Source: Acidobacteriota bacterium (GTDB lineage: Bacteria; Acidobacteriota; Thermoanaerobaculia; UBA5066; Gp7-AA6). From it: a stretch of DNA of 61,105 nucleotides. A program made the position numbers and the translations under genes. The first letter of the stretch is position 1. Every line of letters begins with the position of its first letter. The stretch is taken from assembly GCA_003222385.1 (NCBI GenBank), contig QHVV01000032.1, positions 1 through 61,105 of the forward strand, in the 5' to 3' direction. Below are positions 9,958 to 18,581 of this stretch, in pieces. Under the pieces are notes generated by a model. It made no database searches, was not told where the DNA came from, and worked only from the letters and a program-made list of their open reading frames with translations.

Positions 9958-12900
9958 ACATCGCCGAGATCTTCATCCGCCGTCCGGTCATGACCACGCT
10001 GGTCATGCTGGGGATCCTCCTCTTCGGGATCATGGGATACCGGTTGCTGCCCGTATCCGATCTGCCGAACGTCGACTTCCCCACCATCCAGGTTTCCGCG
10101 GCCCTTCCCGGCGCCTCCCCCGAAACGATGGCCTCGGCCGTCGCGACCCCGCTCGAGAAGCAGTTCACGACCATCGCGGGGCTCGATTCGATGAACTCCT
10201 CCAGCATCCAGGGCATCACGCAGATCACCCTCCAGTTCAACCTGTCGCGCAACCTCGACTCCGCGGCGCAGGACGTCCAGGCGGCGATCGCGGTCGCCAA
10301 CCGGCAGCTGCCGCCGGAGATGCCGAGCCCGCCCTCGTACCAGAAGGTGAACCCGGCGGACTCGCCGATCCTCTACCTCGCCCTCACTTCGCCGAGCCTC
10401 CCTCTCTACAAGCTCGACGAATACGGGCAGACCATGATGGCGCAGCGCATCTCGACGATCTCCGGCGTCGCGCAGGTCATCGTCTACGGCTCGCAGAAGT
10501 ACGCGGTCCGGATCCAGCTCGACCCGCGCCAGCTCGCCACGCGCGGCATCGGGATCGACGAGGTCTCCGGCGCGGTTCAGAGCGCCAACGTCAACCTGCC
10601 GACGGGGACGCTCTACGGCCCGAGCAAGGCGTTCACCGTCCAGGCCAACGGACAGCTGACCGACGCCGAGGCCTACCAGTCCGTCATCGTGGCGTATCGC
10701 AACGGCTCGCCGGTGCGGCTCGACCAGATCGGCAAGGTCACGAACAGCGTCGAGAACAACAAGACCGCGGCCTGGTTCATCACCGGCAAGAGCATGGAGC
10801 GCTCGGTGATCCTCGCCATCCAGCGGCAGCCCGGAACGAACACGGTAGCGGTCGCGACCGCGATCAAGAAGCTCCTCCCGCAGTTCCGGACGCAGTTGCC
10901 GCCGTCCGCCAGCCTGAACATCCTCTACGACCGCTCCGAATCGATCCGGGCGTCGGTCAACGACGTGCGGTTCACGCTCGTCCTGACGCTCTGCCTGGTC
11001 GTGCTCGTGATCTTTCTCTTCCTGCGCAACCTCTCGGCGACGATCATCCCGAGCCTCGCGCTGCCTCTTTCGATCATCGCCACGTTCGCCGTCATGTACC
11101 TGCTCGGATACACCCTCGACAACCTCTCGCTGATGGCGCTGACTCTGTCGGTCGGCTTCGTCGTGGACGACGCGATCGTCATGCTCGAGAACATCGTCCG
11201 GCACATGGAGATGGGGGAAGGCGTCCTCGAAGCCGCGTTCAAGGGCTCGAAGGAGATCGGCTTCACGATCCTTTCGATGACGCTGTCGCTCACCGCGGTC
11301 TTCATCCCGATTCTCTTCATGGGCGGCATCGTCGGCCGGCTATTCCACGAATTCGCCGTCACGATCGGCGTCGCGATCCTGGTCTCCGGGTTCGTCTCGC
11401 TCTCCCTCACGCCGATGCTTGCGAGCCGGTTCCTCCGGCGCGACCATGGCAAGAAGCACGGCCGCTTCTACGAGGTCTCGGAGCGGTACTTCGACGCGAT
11501 GGTCCGCGTCTACGACAAGGGCCTTCGGTGGTCGCTCGCCCGACGGCGCACGACGATGGCGGTCTCCGCGATGGTGCTCGCCGCGACGGTCTTCCTCTTC
11601 ATGAAGATCCCAAAAGGCTTCCTGCCGAGCGAAGACAACAGCCAGGTCTTCGGCTTCACCGAGGCCGCGCAGGGGATCTCGTTCCAGGCGATGGGCGAGC
11701 ACCAGATGGCCGTCGCGAACGTCGTCCGGGCAGACCCGAACGTCGAGGCGTTCATGTCGAGCTACGGCTCGCGCGGCTCGATCAACGCGAGCAACTCCGG
11801 CGTGGTCTTCATGCACCTGAAGCCGCGCAAAGAGCGCAAGCTCTCCGTCGACGGAGTCATCCAGGAGCTGCGCCCGAAACTCGCGCAGATCCCGGGGATC
11901 AAGGTCTATCTGCAAAACCCGCCGCCCATTCGGATCGGCGGGAGCCTGACCAAGAGCCTCTACCAGTACACGCTGCAGGACGCCGACACGAAGGAGCTCT
12001 ACGAGTACTCGCCGAAGCTCGAGCAGAAGATGCGACAGCTGCCGGGATTCCAGGACGTGACGAGCGACCTCCAGATCGCGAACCCGCAGATCCAGGTCGA
12101 CATCGACCGCGACAAAGCCGCCGCCCTGCACCTGACCCCTCAGAAGATCGAGGAGGCTCTCTACACGGCCTATAGCTCCCGCCAGATCTCGACGATCTAT
12201 GCGCCCAACAACGAGTACCAGGTCATCATGGAGCTCGACCCGCAACACCAGGTGGATCCGGGGCAGCTCTCCTCGCTCTACGTGCGCAACTCCGACGGAC
12301 AGCTCGTCCCCCTCGATGCCGCCGCGAAGCTCGACCAGAACGTCGGCCCGCTCGCGGTGACGCACGCCGGTCAGCTGCCTTCGGTGACGATCTCGTTCAA
12401 CCTGAAGCCGGGAGTTTCCATCGGCGACGCGGTCGCCGCGGTCAACTCGGTGGCGAGGCAGACGCTCCCCGCCACGATCACGACGAGCTTCCAGGGCACC
12501 GCGCAGGCGTTCCAGTCCTCGTTCCAGGGCCTCGGGATGCTGCTCCTGATGGCGATCCTCGTGATCTACATGGTGCTCGGAATCCTGTACGAGAGCTTCA
12601 TCCACCCGCTGACGATCCTCTCCGCGCTGCCGTTCGCGGGCTTCGGGGCGCTCGTGACGCTGCTGCTCTTCCACACGGAACTGTCCATCTACGCGTTCGT
12701 CGGGATCATCATGCTCGTCGGCCTCGTCAAGAAGAACGGCATCATGATGGTGGACTTCGCGATCGAGGCGCAGCGCAAGGAGGGGAAAGACGCGCAGGCC
12801 GCGATCCACGAAGCGTGCCTCGTGCGATTCCGCCCGATCATGATGACGACGATGGCCGCGCTGATGGGCACGCTGCCGATCGCGCTCGGCTTCGGCGCTG

Positions 12901-13136
12901 GCGCCGAATCGCGCCGTCCGCTGGGTCTCGCTGTCGTCGGGGGGCTGCTCTTCTCGCAGATGCTGACGCTCTTCGTGACGCCGGTCTTCTTCACCTACAT
13001 GGAGCAGTTCCGCGAGTGGCTCGGCCGGCGGCGCGGCAAGGGAGGGCCCGCGAGAGAAGCGCTCGAGCCGCGGGCCCCCGAGCGCGAGGAGGAGCGGATT
13101 CCGGCGGCAGCCGCCATGCGATCGGTCACGCCATAA
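9954..13136 (+). CDS. RND multidrug efflux permease (AcrB/MexB family)
   Basis: 1060 aa, opens MNIAEIFIRRPVMTTLVML, with a 12-TM plus two large periplasmic loops architecture. The ATGA overlaps the adaptor stop. Confidence 0.95.
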   Translation: MNIAEIFIRRPVMTTLVMLGILLFGIMGYRLLPVSDLPNVDFPTIQVSAALPGASPETMASAVATPLEKQFTTIAGLDSMNSSSIQGITQITLQFNLSRNLDSAAQDVQAAIAVANRQLPPEMPSPPSYQKVNPADSPILYLALTSPSLPLYKLDEYGQTMMAQRISTISGVAQVIVYGSQKYAVRIQLDPRQLATRGIGIDEVSGAVQSANVNLPTGTLYGPSKAFTVQANGQLTDAEAYQSVIVAYRNGSPVRLDQIGKVTNSVENNKTAAWFITGKSMERSVILAIQRQPGTNTVAVATAIKKLLPQFRTQLPPSASLNILYDRSESIRASVNDVRFTLVLTLCLVVLVIFLFLRNLSATIIPSLALPLSIIATFAVMYLLGYTLDNLSLMALTLSVGFVVDDAIVMLENIVRHMEMGEGVLEAAFKGSKEIGFTILSMTLSLTAVFIPILFMGGIVGRLFHEFAVTIGVAILVSGFVSLSLTPMLASRFLRRDHGKKHGRFYEVSERYFDAMVRVYDKGLRWSLARRRTTMAVSAMVLAATVFLFMKIPKGFLPSEDNSQVFGFTEAAQGISFQAMGEHQMAVANVVRADPNVEAFMSSYGSRGSINASNSGVVFMHLKPRKERKLSVDGVIQELRPKLAQIPGIKVYLQNPPPIRIGGSLTKSLYQYTLQDADTKELYEYSPKLEQKMRQLPGFQDVTSDLQIANPQIQVDIDRDKAAALHLTPQKIEEALYTAYSSRQISTIYAPNNEYQVIMELDPQHQVDPGQLSSLYVRNSDGQLVPLDAAAKLDQNVGPLAVTHAGQLPSVTISFNLKPGVSIGDAVAAVNSVARQTLPATITTSFQGTAQAFQSSFQGLGMLLLMAILVIYMVLGILYESFIHPLTILSALPFAGFGALVTLLLFHTELSIYAFVGIIMLVGLVKKNGIMMVDFAIEAQRKEGKDAQAAIHEACLVRFRPIMMTTMAALMGTLPIALGFGAGAESRRPLGLAVVGGLLFSQMLTLFVTPVFFTYMEQFREWLGRRRGKGGPAREALEPRAPEREEERIPAAAAMRSVTP

Positions 13137-13138
13137 TT

Positions 13139-13231
13139 GGGGACAGACCCCAATTTCGCGGATCCATTCGACGTCCTGAAACCTTCGAAATCGGGGTTGT
13201 CGCCGCTCGTCCGAAATCGTGGTCTGTCCCC
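13139..13231. repeat. imperfect ~20-bp inverted repeat (GGGGACAGACCCCAATTTCG / CGAAATCGTGGTCTGTCCCC) flanking ~53 bp
   Basis: Arms at 13139..13158 and 13212..13231, about 17 of 20 positions complementary by eye. An internal CGAAATCGGGG motif is also present. Located between the RND stop and the proline dehydrogenase start. Confidence 0.6.
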
Positions 13232-13243
13232 GGTTGATCCGGG

Positions 13244-14167
13244 ATGAGCGTTCTGCGGTCGATCCTTCTCTCGGCCTCGGAGAGCCGGTGGCTCCGAGAG
13301 CGCGCGGTCCGGTATCCATTCGTGCGGCGAGCCGTTTCCCGCTTCATGCCGGGCGAGGCGGCCGACGACGCCCTCGCCGCGTCCCGGGCACTCGGCGTCG
13401 GAACGGTGCTGACCCGGTTGGGCGAGAACCTGGGCAGCGCGTCGGAGGCCGACGGCGTCGCGAACCACTACCTGAACCTCCTGGATCGGATTCACGCAGA
13501 GCGGCTCGACGTCGAGATTTCCGTCAAGCTCTCGCAGCTCGGCCTCGACTTCTCGCGCGAAGAATGCGAAGCGCACCTGTACGGCCTCGCCGAGCGTGCG
13601 CGCTCCCGGAACAACTGGGTCTGGGTGGACATGGAGTCGACGGCTTACACGGACGTGACTCTCGAAGTCTACCGGCGGCTTCGCGCGCGGTTTCCGAACA
13701 CCGGCGTCTGCGTCCAGTCGTATCTCTACCGCACCGCCGCCGACGTCGAATCTCTAATCGCGCTCGGCTCCGGGATCCGGCTCGTCAAGGGCGCCTATCG
13801 CGAGCCTCCGGACAAGGCGTTCCCGAAAAAGGAGGACGTGGACGCGAGCTACTTCCGCCTCGCCGAGCGGCTTCTGTCGGCGGACGCGAGCGCGAAGGGC
13901 GTGCGCGGGATCTTCGGGACGCACGACTCGAATCTCATCCGGCGCATCGAAGAGCTCGGGCGGACGAGGGGCCTCGCACCGAAAGACGTCGAGTTCCAGA
14001 TGCTCTACGGGATCGGCCGCTCCGAGCAGCTCCGGCTCGCCGCCGCCGGGTATCGGTTCCGGGTCTTGATCAGCTACGGCGAGGCGTGGTTCCCCTGGTA
14101 CATGCGGAGGCTCGCCGAACGCCCGGCGAACGTGCTCTTCGTGATGCGCAGCCTGGTCGGCGGCTGA
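13244..14167 (+). CDS. monofunctional proline dehydrogenase (PRODH/PutA-like TIM barrel)
   Basis: 307 aa. ...VSVKLSQLG...VWVDMESTAYTD...VCVQSYLYRT...IRLVKGAY...FGTHD...EFQMLYG... matches the PRODH family pattern. Confidence 0.82.
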   Translation: MSVLRSILLSASESRWLRERAVRYPFVRRAVSRFMPGEAADDALAASRALGVGTVLTRLGENLGSASEADGVANHYLNLLDRIHAERLDVEISVKLSQLGLDFSREECEAHLYGLAERARSRNNWVWVDMESTAYTDVTLEVYRRLRARFPNTGVCVQSYLYRTAADVESLIALGSGIRLVKGAYREPPDKAFPKKEDVDASYFRLAERLLSADASAKGVRGIFGTHDSNLIRRIEELGRTRGLAPKDVEFQMLYGIGRSEQLRLAAAGYRFRVLISYGEAWFPWYMRRLAERPANVLFVMRSLVGG

Positions 14168-14174
14168 GACCCCG

Positions 14175-16875
14175 CTATTTTCTTAACGCAGCCGGCCAGT
14201 TCGAAACGAGGGTGACGGGCGTGTTTTGCGCCGTTTGCGGAACAACCGCCATCAGCTCGCGATCGCCGCTCGGGTCGCTCCGGAGAAGGGTCGCATTGCT
14301 CGCGTCGAAAAGCACTCTCGGGACGCCGGTTTCGAATCCGGAGGCGTCGGCTTTCACCTGCACGGACATCTGATTCAGATCGAGCGAGAGATAGGTAATC
14401 TCCTTGCCGCCCCGGAGCCACTCGCCGCCCGAGGCTCCTCCGGCGGAAATCTGCCATTTGCTGCCCGGCCCGGGAAAGGGCGCGACGTAGAGCTCGGGCC
14501 TCCCGGACTCGTCCGACGTGTACAGGACCCACCGTCCGTCCGGAGAAAACCGCGAAAACTGTTCGTCGAACTGTGTTGCGAGAAAAGGGAACGGCTTGCG
14601 ATCGCCGAAAAGCGGCAGGATCCAGATGTCGGACTTCGTTTTGGCAGCCGCTGCGAGAGTTTCGTAGGCGAGATAGCGCCCGTCCGGCGACCACGCTTTT
14701 GGACAGATATCGCCGCTGCCCTGAAGGAGCGTCTCCTCTCCGCCGCCGCCGCTCGACGGCCTCGCGACGATCCTCGTGAGAAGCGTTTTCTCCATCCGGG
14801 TGAAGGCGATCCGGCTTCCGTCCGGAGACCAGACCGGACAGATCGATTCACCGGAGCCGAAACTGAAACGCGTCCGGGTGCCGCGGGCGAAGTCGGAGAG
14901 CCAGATGTCGCCGGCCCCGGTGGTCGAATCGGCGACTTCAGCGGCCAGGCGCTTTCCGTCCGGAGAGATCGAGAACATCCGGTAGTCGATCGGATCGCCG
15001 AACGGCGCGCCGATCGGCTTTCCCGATCGGTCGTACCACGCGAGGCGCGCCTTCGAGCCGCCGGTGCCGCCCGCGTAGACCAGGACCCCGTTGTCCGAAA
15101 CGGAGAAGGCCGCCCGGAAATAACTGGGATCGTAAAGAACCGAGTCGCCGAGCGGAACCGAGTCGCCCGTCAGACGAAGGCGCTTCGCGTCGAAGGGCTG
15201 AGCGAGGAGCGTCTTCTCGAGCACGTAGATCAGGTAGCCCGACGCGAAGGCGACGTTCGATCGGGCGTGAACAAGAAGCGTTCGATCTTTCGAGTCGAGG
15301 GACGCGAGGTAGATCACGTTCATCTCGCTTCCGGTGCCGGACGCGTGCGTTCCGGCCATGTAGAGGAAGTGGCGGCCGTCCGGAAGAAATCGATTCGTCG
15401 AGCCGCGTCACCGGAGTCGCGGCGCCGCCGCCGGCGGAGACGCGATCGACCGCGACGGTTGAATCGGGCGAGAAGAGAATCACCCCGTCCCGGTTCCAGG
15501 ATCCCGACCTTCCGCGCTTCGCATCGCACACTGTGAGGGGCGGCCCGCCGGCGGCGTCGACCTTCTTCAACTTCCCTTCCGCGAAGAACGCGATGAAGCG
15601 GCTGTCGGGGGACCAGAACGGCCACGTCGCGCCTTCCGTCCCCGGAATCGACCGGGCGGCGACGGCATCGAGCGGCCGGAGCCAGAGCAGCTTCTTGCCC
15701 GACGGATCTTTGGCCACGAACGTGATCCGCCGGCCGTCGGGGGATATGGTCAGCGATCCGGAGTCCTCGCCCCCGATCTCGAAAGCCGTCTTCTCCGGCG
15801 GCAGGATCGAGGAGCGGATCGGCGCGGTTTCGACCGGCGCCCGGCGGACATATCCCAATGTCGCGAACCCGGCCGCGAGAATCGCTCCAGCGGCAACACT
15901 CCAGGCCATGCGCTCCCGGCTTCGGCGCCGCGAGACGACGACCGCCGGCGCTCCCGCCTGCGAGCCGCCTTCGACGATCCATTGGAGCTGGAGCTTCGCG
16001 TCGTGCGCGGTCTGGAAACGATCCTCGGGGTCCTTTGCGAGACACGTGCGGACGACCCGATCGAACGCCGGCGGCGTCATCGGCTGGATCGTCGAGACTG
16101 GCACCGGCTCCTCCTTCATGATGTTCGAGATCAACGACGCCCGGCTCGTGCCGGAGAAAGCCTTCCGGCCCGTCGCCATTTCGTAGAGCACGACACCGAA
16201 GGAGAAGATGTCCGTGCGCGGATCGGCTTCGTGCCCTTCGAGCTGTTCGGGCGCCATGTACTGGAAGGTCCCGAGGATCGTCCCCTCCTGGGTGAGGTTC
16301 GCGCTCCCCACCACCGTTGGCAGGGCTGTGACGTTGGCTCCTGCCATGGGATGCTGCCCGGCCGCCGCTTGCTCCCTTCCGGTCGCGTCGAGCGACCGCT
16401 CCAGTGTCTTCGCCAGACCGAAGTCGAGGAGCTTAACTCCCGACTTCGTGAGCATCACGTTGCCCGGCTTCAGGTCGCGATGGACGATTCCCTGCCGGTG
16501 CGCCTTGTCGAGCGCGTCCGCGATCTCGATTCCGAAGCGAAGCACCTGCTCGGTCGGGAGAGCTCCCCGGGCGAGGCGATCCTCGAGCGTCTTCCCCTCG
16601 AGAAGCTCCATGACGAGGTACTCGATCCCGCTTTCGCGCCCGACGTCGTAGAGCGCGCAGATATGCGGGTGAGAAAGCTGCGAGATCGTGCGGGCCTCGC
16701 GCTCGAAGCGCTGGCGCACCTCTTCGGAGGAGGAGAGACGTTCCGGAAGGACTTTGATCGCGACGCTTCGATCGAGGCGGGTGTCGCGCGCCCGGTAGAC
16801 CTCGCCCATGCCGCCCGATCCGAGCAGCGCGAGGATCTCGTAAGGCCCCAGCCGGGTGCCCGATGTCAGCGGCAA
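14175..16875 (-). pseudogene. third Ser/Thr kinase / TolB-like beta-propeller paralog, disrupted by a frameshift near 15390
   Basis: Kinase, TM and the first propeller blades are in the frame of ORF 14938..16875. The remaining blades ([13 protein letters not shown]...NWPAALRK) are in the +1 frame of ORF 14175..15359. After RLDES the first frame becomes Arg-rich nonsense, and the second frame has a TGA at 15408..15410. Confidence 0.8.
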
Positions 16876-16914
16876 GGCGGGGTCAGGATATACCGCGACT
16901 TCGAAGCCCGAAGT

Positions 16915-17334
16915 CTAGGAACCGCCGCGGCCGGAGCCGTAGCAGGCGCGGAAGAGATCGGCGCTGGAGACGGGCGCAAGACCGCAAAGGCCTCGCGCGT
17001 CGCCGCGGATCACGCGGACCTCGCGGATGGGGCTGGTCACCACGCGGTTCCCGAACTCGAGCCGCAGACCGCGGGCCGCGACGAGATCGCGCTTGATCGC
17101 GGTGCCGCCCCAGGTGCAGCCGGTGATCGAGGTCAGCGCGGGAGAGAGTCCGTTGCGGTCGAACCAGCCGCCGGAGATGGAATACGTCCCGTCGTCCTCG
17201 ACCCGAATCGTATAGAGAGAGTTTTCCGTCGAGACGAGCACCTGGTCGCCGCGGCGCAGGTCCCCTTTCCGGATGGCCTCGAAATGCCCCATCTGGTGGA
17301 GGATGGCGTCGACGGTCCGCACGCGGGCGATCAA
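16915..17334 (-). CDS. hypothetical protein (139 aa)
   Basis: Balanced, non-Arg-rich composition (…LYTIRVEDDGTYSISGGWFDRNGL…). Lies 39 nt upstream of the kinase pseudogene on the same strand. No family recognised. Confidence 0.5.
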   Translation of the reverse strand: MIARVRTVDAILHQMGHFEAIRKGDLRRGDQVLVSTENSLYTIRVEDDGTYSISGGWFDRNGLSPALTSITGCTWGGTAIKRDLVAARGLRLEFGNRVVTSPIREVRVIRGDARGLCGLAPVSSADLFRACYGSGRGGS

Positions 17335-17477
17335 GGATCGCGTCCTTTCAGGCAGCGTAGCACGCCGGCCTCCGTCCCTTCTGTGTCAGAGAGTCGCACG
17401 GAATCGCTCCCGCTGGTCCCTCGTACGCAAAAGAAGGGCCTGGAATTCGGGGGGCGCTCCGCCCCCTTTCGAGGTCG

Positions 17478-18563
17478 ATGAGAACCGGATTCGCACAGCT
17501 TCCCCTCCACGGCGGAAAGGCGCCGGCCTGGCTGTTTTCTCGAATGGTCCGGCTCGGGCGCGAGATCCTGGGTCACATCGTGGCCGAACATGGCTCCGAC
17601 GAGGTCCTCCGCCGCTTCTCCGATCCGTTCTGGTTCCAGGCGTTCGGCTGCGTCCTCGGATTCGACTGGCATTCGAGCGGGGTGACCACGACTGTGTGCG
17701 GCGCGGTCAAGGAGGGGATCCGCGGGCTCGAGAGGAACTTCGGGTTCTACGCGGCGGGCGGAAAGGGAAACGTCGCGCGCCGGACCCCGTCGGAGATCGC
17801 GGCCGCCTGCGAGAAGCTCTCGCGCGATCCGGCGGACCTCGTGTACGCGAGCCGCACGTCGGCGAAAGTGGACAGCGCGGCCGTCCAGGACGGCTATCAG
17901 ATCTACCACCACGCGTTCTTCTTCACGCCCGCGGGAAGATGGTGCGTCGTCCAGCAGGGGATGAGCGACGCCACTTCGACGGCGCGGCGTTATCACTGGC
18001 TCGGAGAATCGTTGGAAGACTTCGTCGACGAGCCGCACGCGGCGGTGTGCTGCGACGAAAGGCGGACGACGTTGAACCTGGTCGCGGGCGAGAGCGCGCC
18101 GGTGCGATCGGCGTCCGCCGAAGTCGCGCGGCAGGACCCCGCGAGCACGCTCGCGATTCTTCGCAGACTGCCGACGCTCGAACTGCCGTCGCGGCACGCG
18201 ATCCAGCAGTCCGAAGATATCCACCCCGAGCGAATGAAGAAGATCCTGCTCAAGACCTGGGAAGAGGCGCCGCCCGACTTCGAGCGGCTGCTCGGCATTC
18301 CCGGAGTCGGAGCGAAGACGTTGCGCGCGCTGGCGCTGGCGTCGGAACTCGTCTACGGCACGCCGGCCTCGACCCGGGACCCGGCGCGGTTCTCCTTCGC
18401 GCACGGCGGCAAGGACGGGCACCCGTTTCCCGTTGATCGGACAACCTACGATCGGACGGTCGATGTCCTCCACTCGGCGCTGGAGCGCGCGAAGGTCGGC
18501 CATACCGAGAAGGTCGCGGCGTTGAGGCGTCTCGCGAGCTTTCCCGCCTCCGCTTCCCGCTAA
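17478..18563 (+). CDS. DUF763-family protein with helix-hairpin-helix motif
   Basis: MRTGFAQLPLHGGKAPAWLFSRMVRLGREI... matches my recollection of the DUF763 N-terminus. LLGIPGVGAKTLRALALASELVYG is HhH-like. Confidence 0.7.
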   Translation: MRTGFAQLPLHGGKAPAWLFSRMVRLGREILGHIVAEHGSDEVLRRFSDPFWFQAFGCVLGFDWHSSGVTTTVCGAVKEGIRGLERNFGFYAAGGKGNVARRTPSEIAAACEKLSRDPADLVYASRTSAKVDSAAVQDGYQIYHHAFFFTPAGRWCVVQQGMSDATSTARRYHWLGESLEDFVDEPHAAVCCDERRTTLNLVAGESAPVRSASAEVARQDPASTLAILRRLPTLELPSRHAIQQSEDIHPERMKKILLKTWEEAPPDFERLLGIPGVGAKTLRALALASELVYGTPASTRDPARFSFAHGGKDGHPFPVDRTTYDRTVDVLHSALERAKVGHTEKVAALRRLASFPASASR

Positions 18564-18581
18564 GATCGCGCCGGACGCCAC

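Noticed and set aside
9462-13319. 580-aa and 659-aa minus-strand ORFs across the RND permease
   Set aside because: They are antisense to a textbook AcrB-type permease. Their Asp/Arg/Glu-rich composition has no hydrophobic or motif structure.
17450-17469. GGGGGCG-CTC-CGCCCCC-TTT hairpin as an intrinsic terminator
   Set aside because: No plus-strand gene lies upstream of it to terminate, and the T-run is only 3 nt. It is kept only as a possible translational or leader structure for the DUF763 gene.
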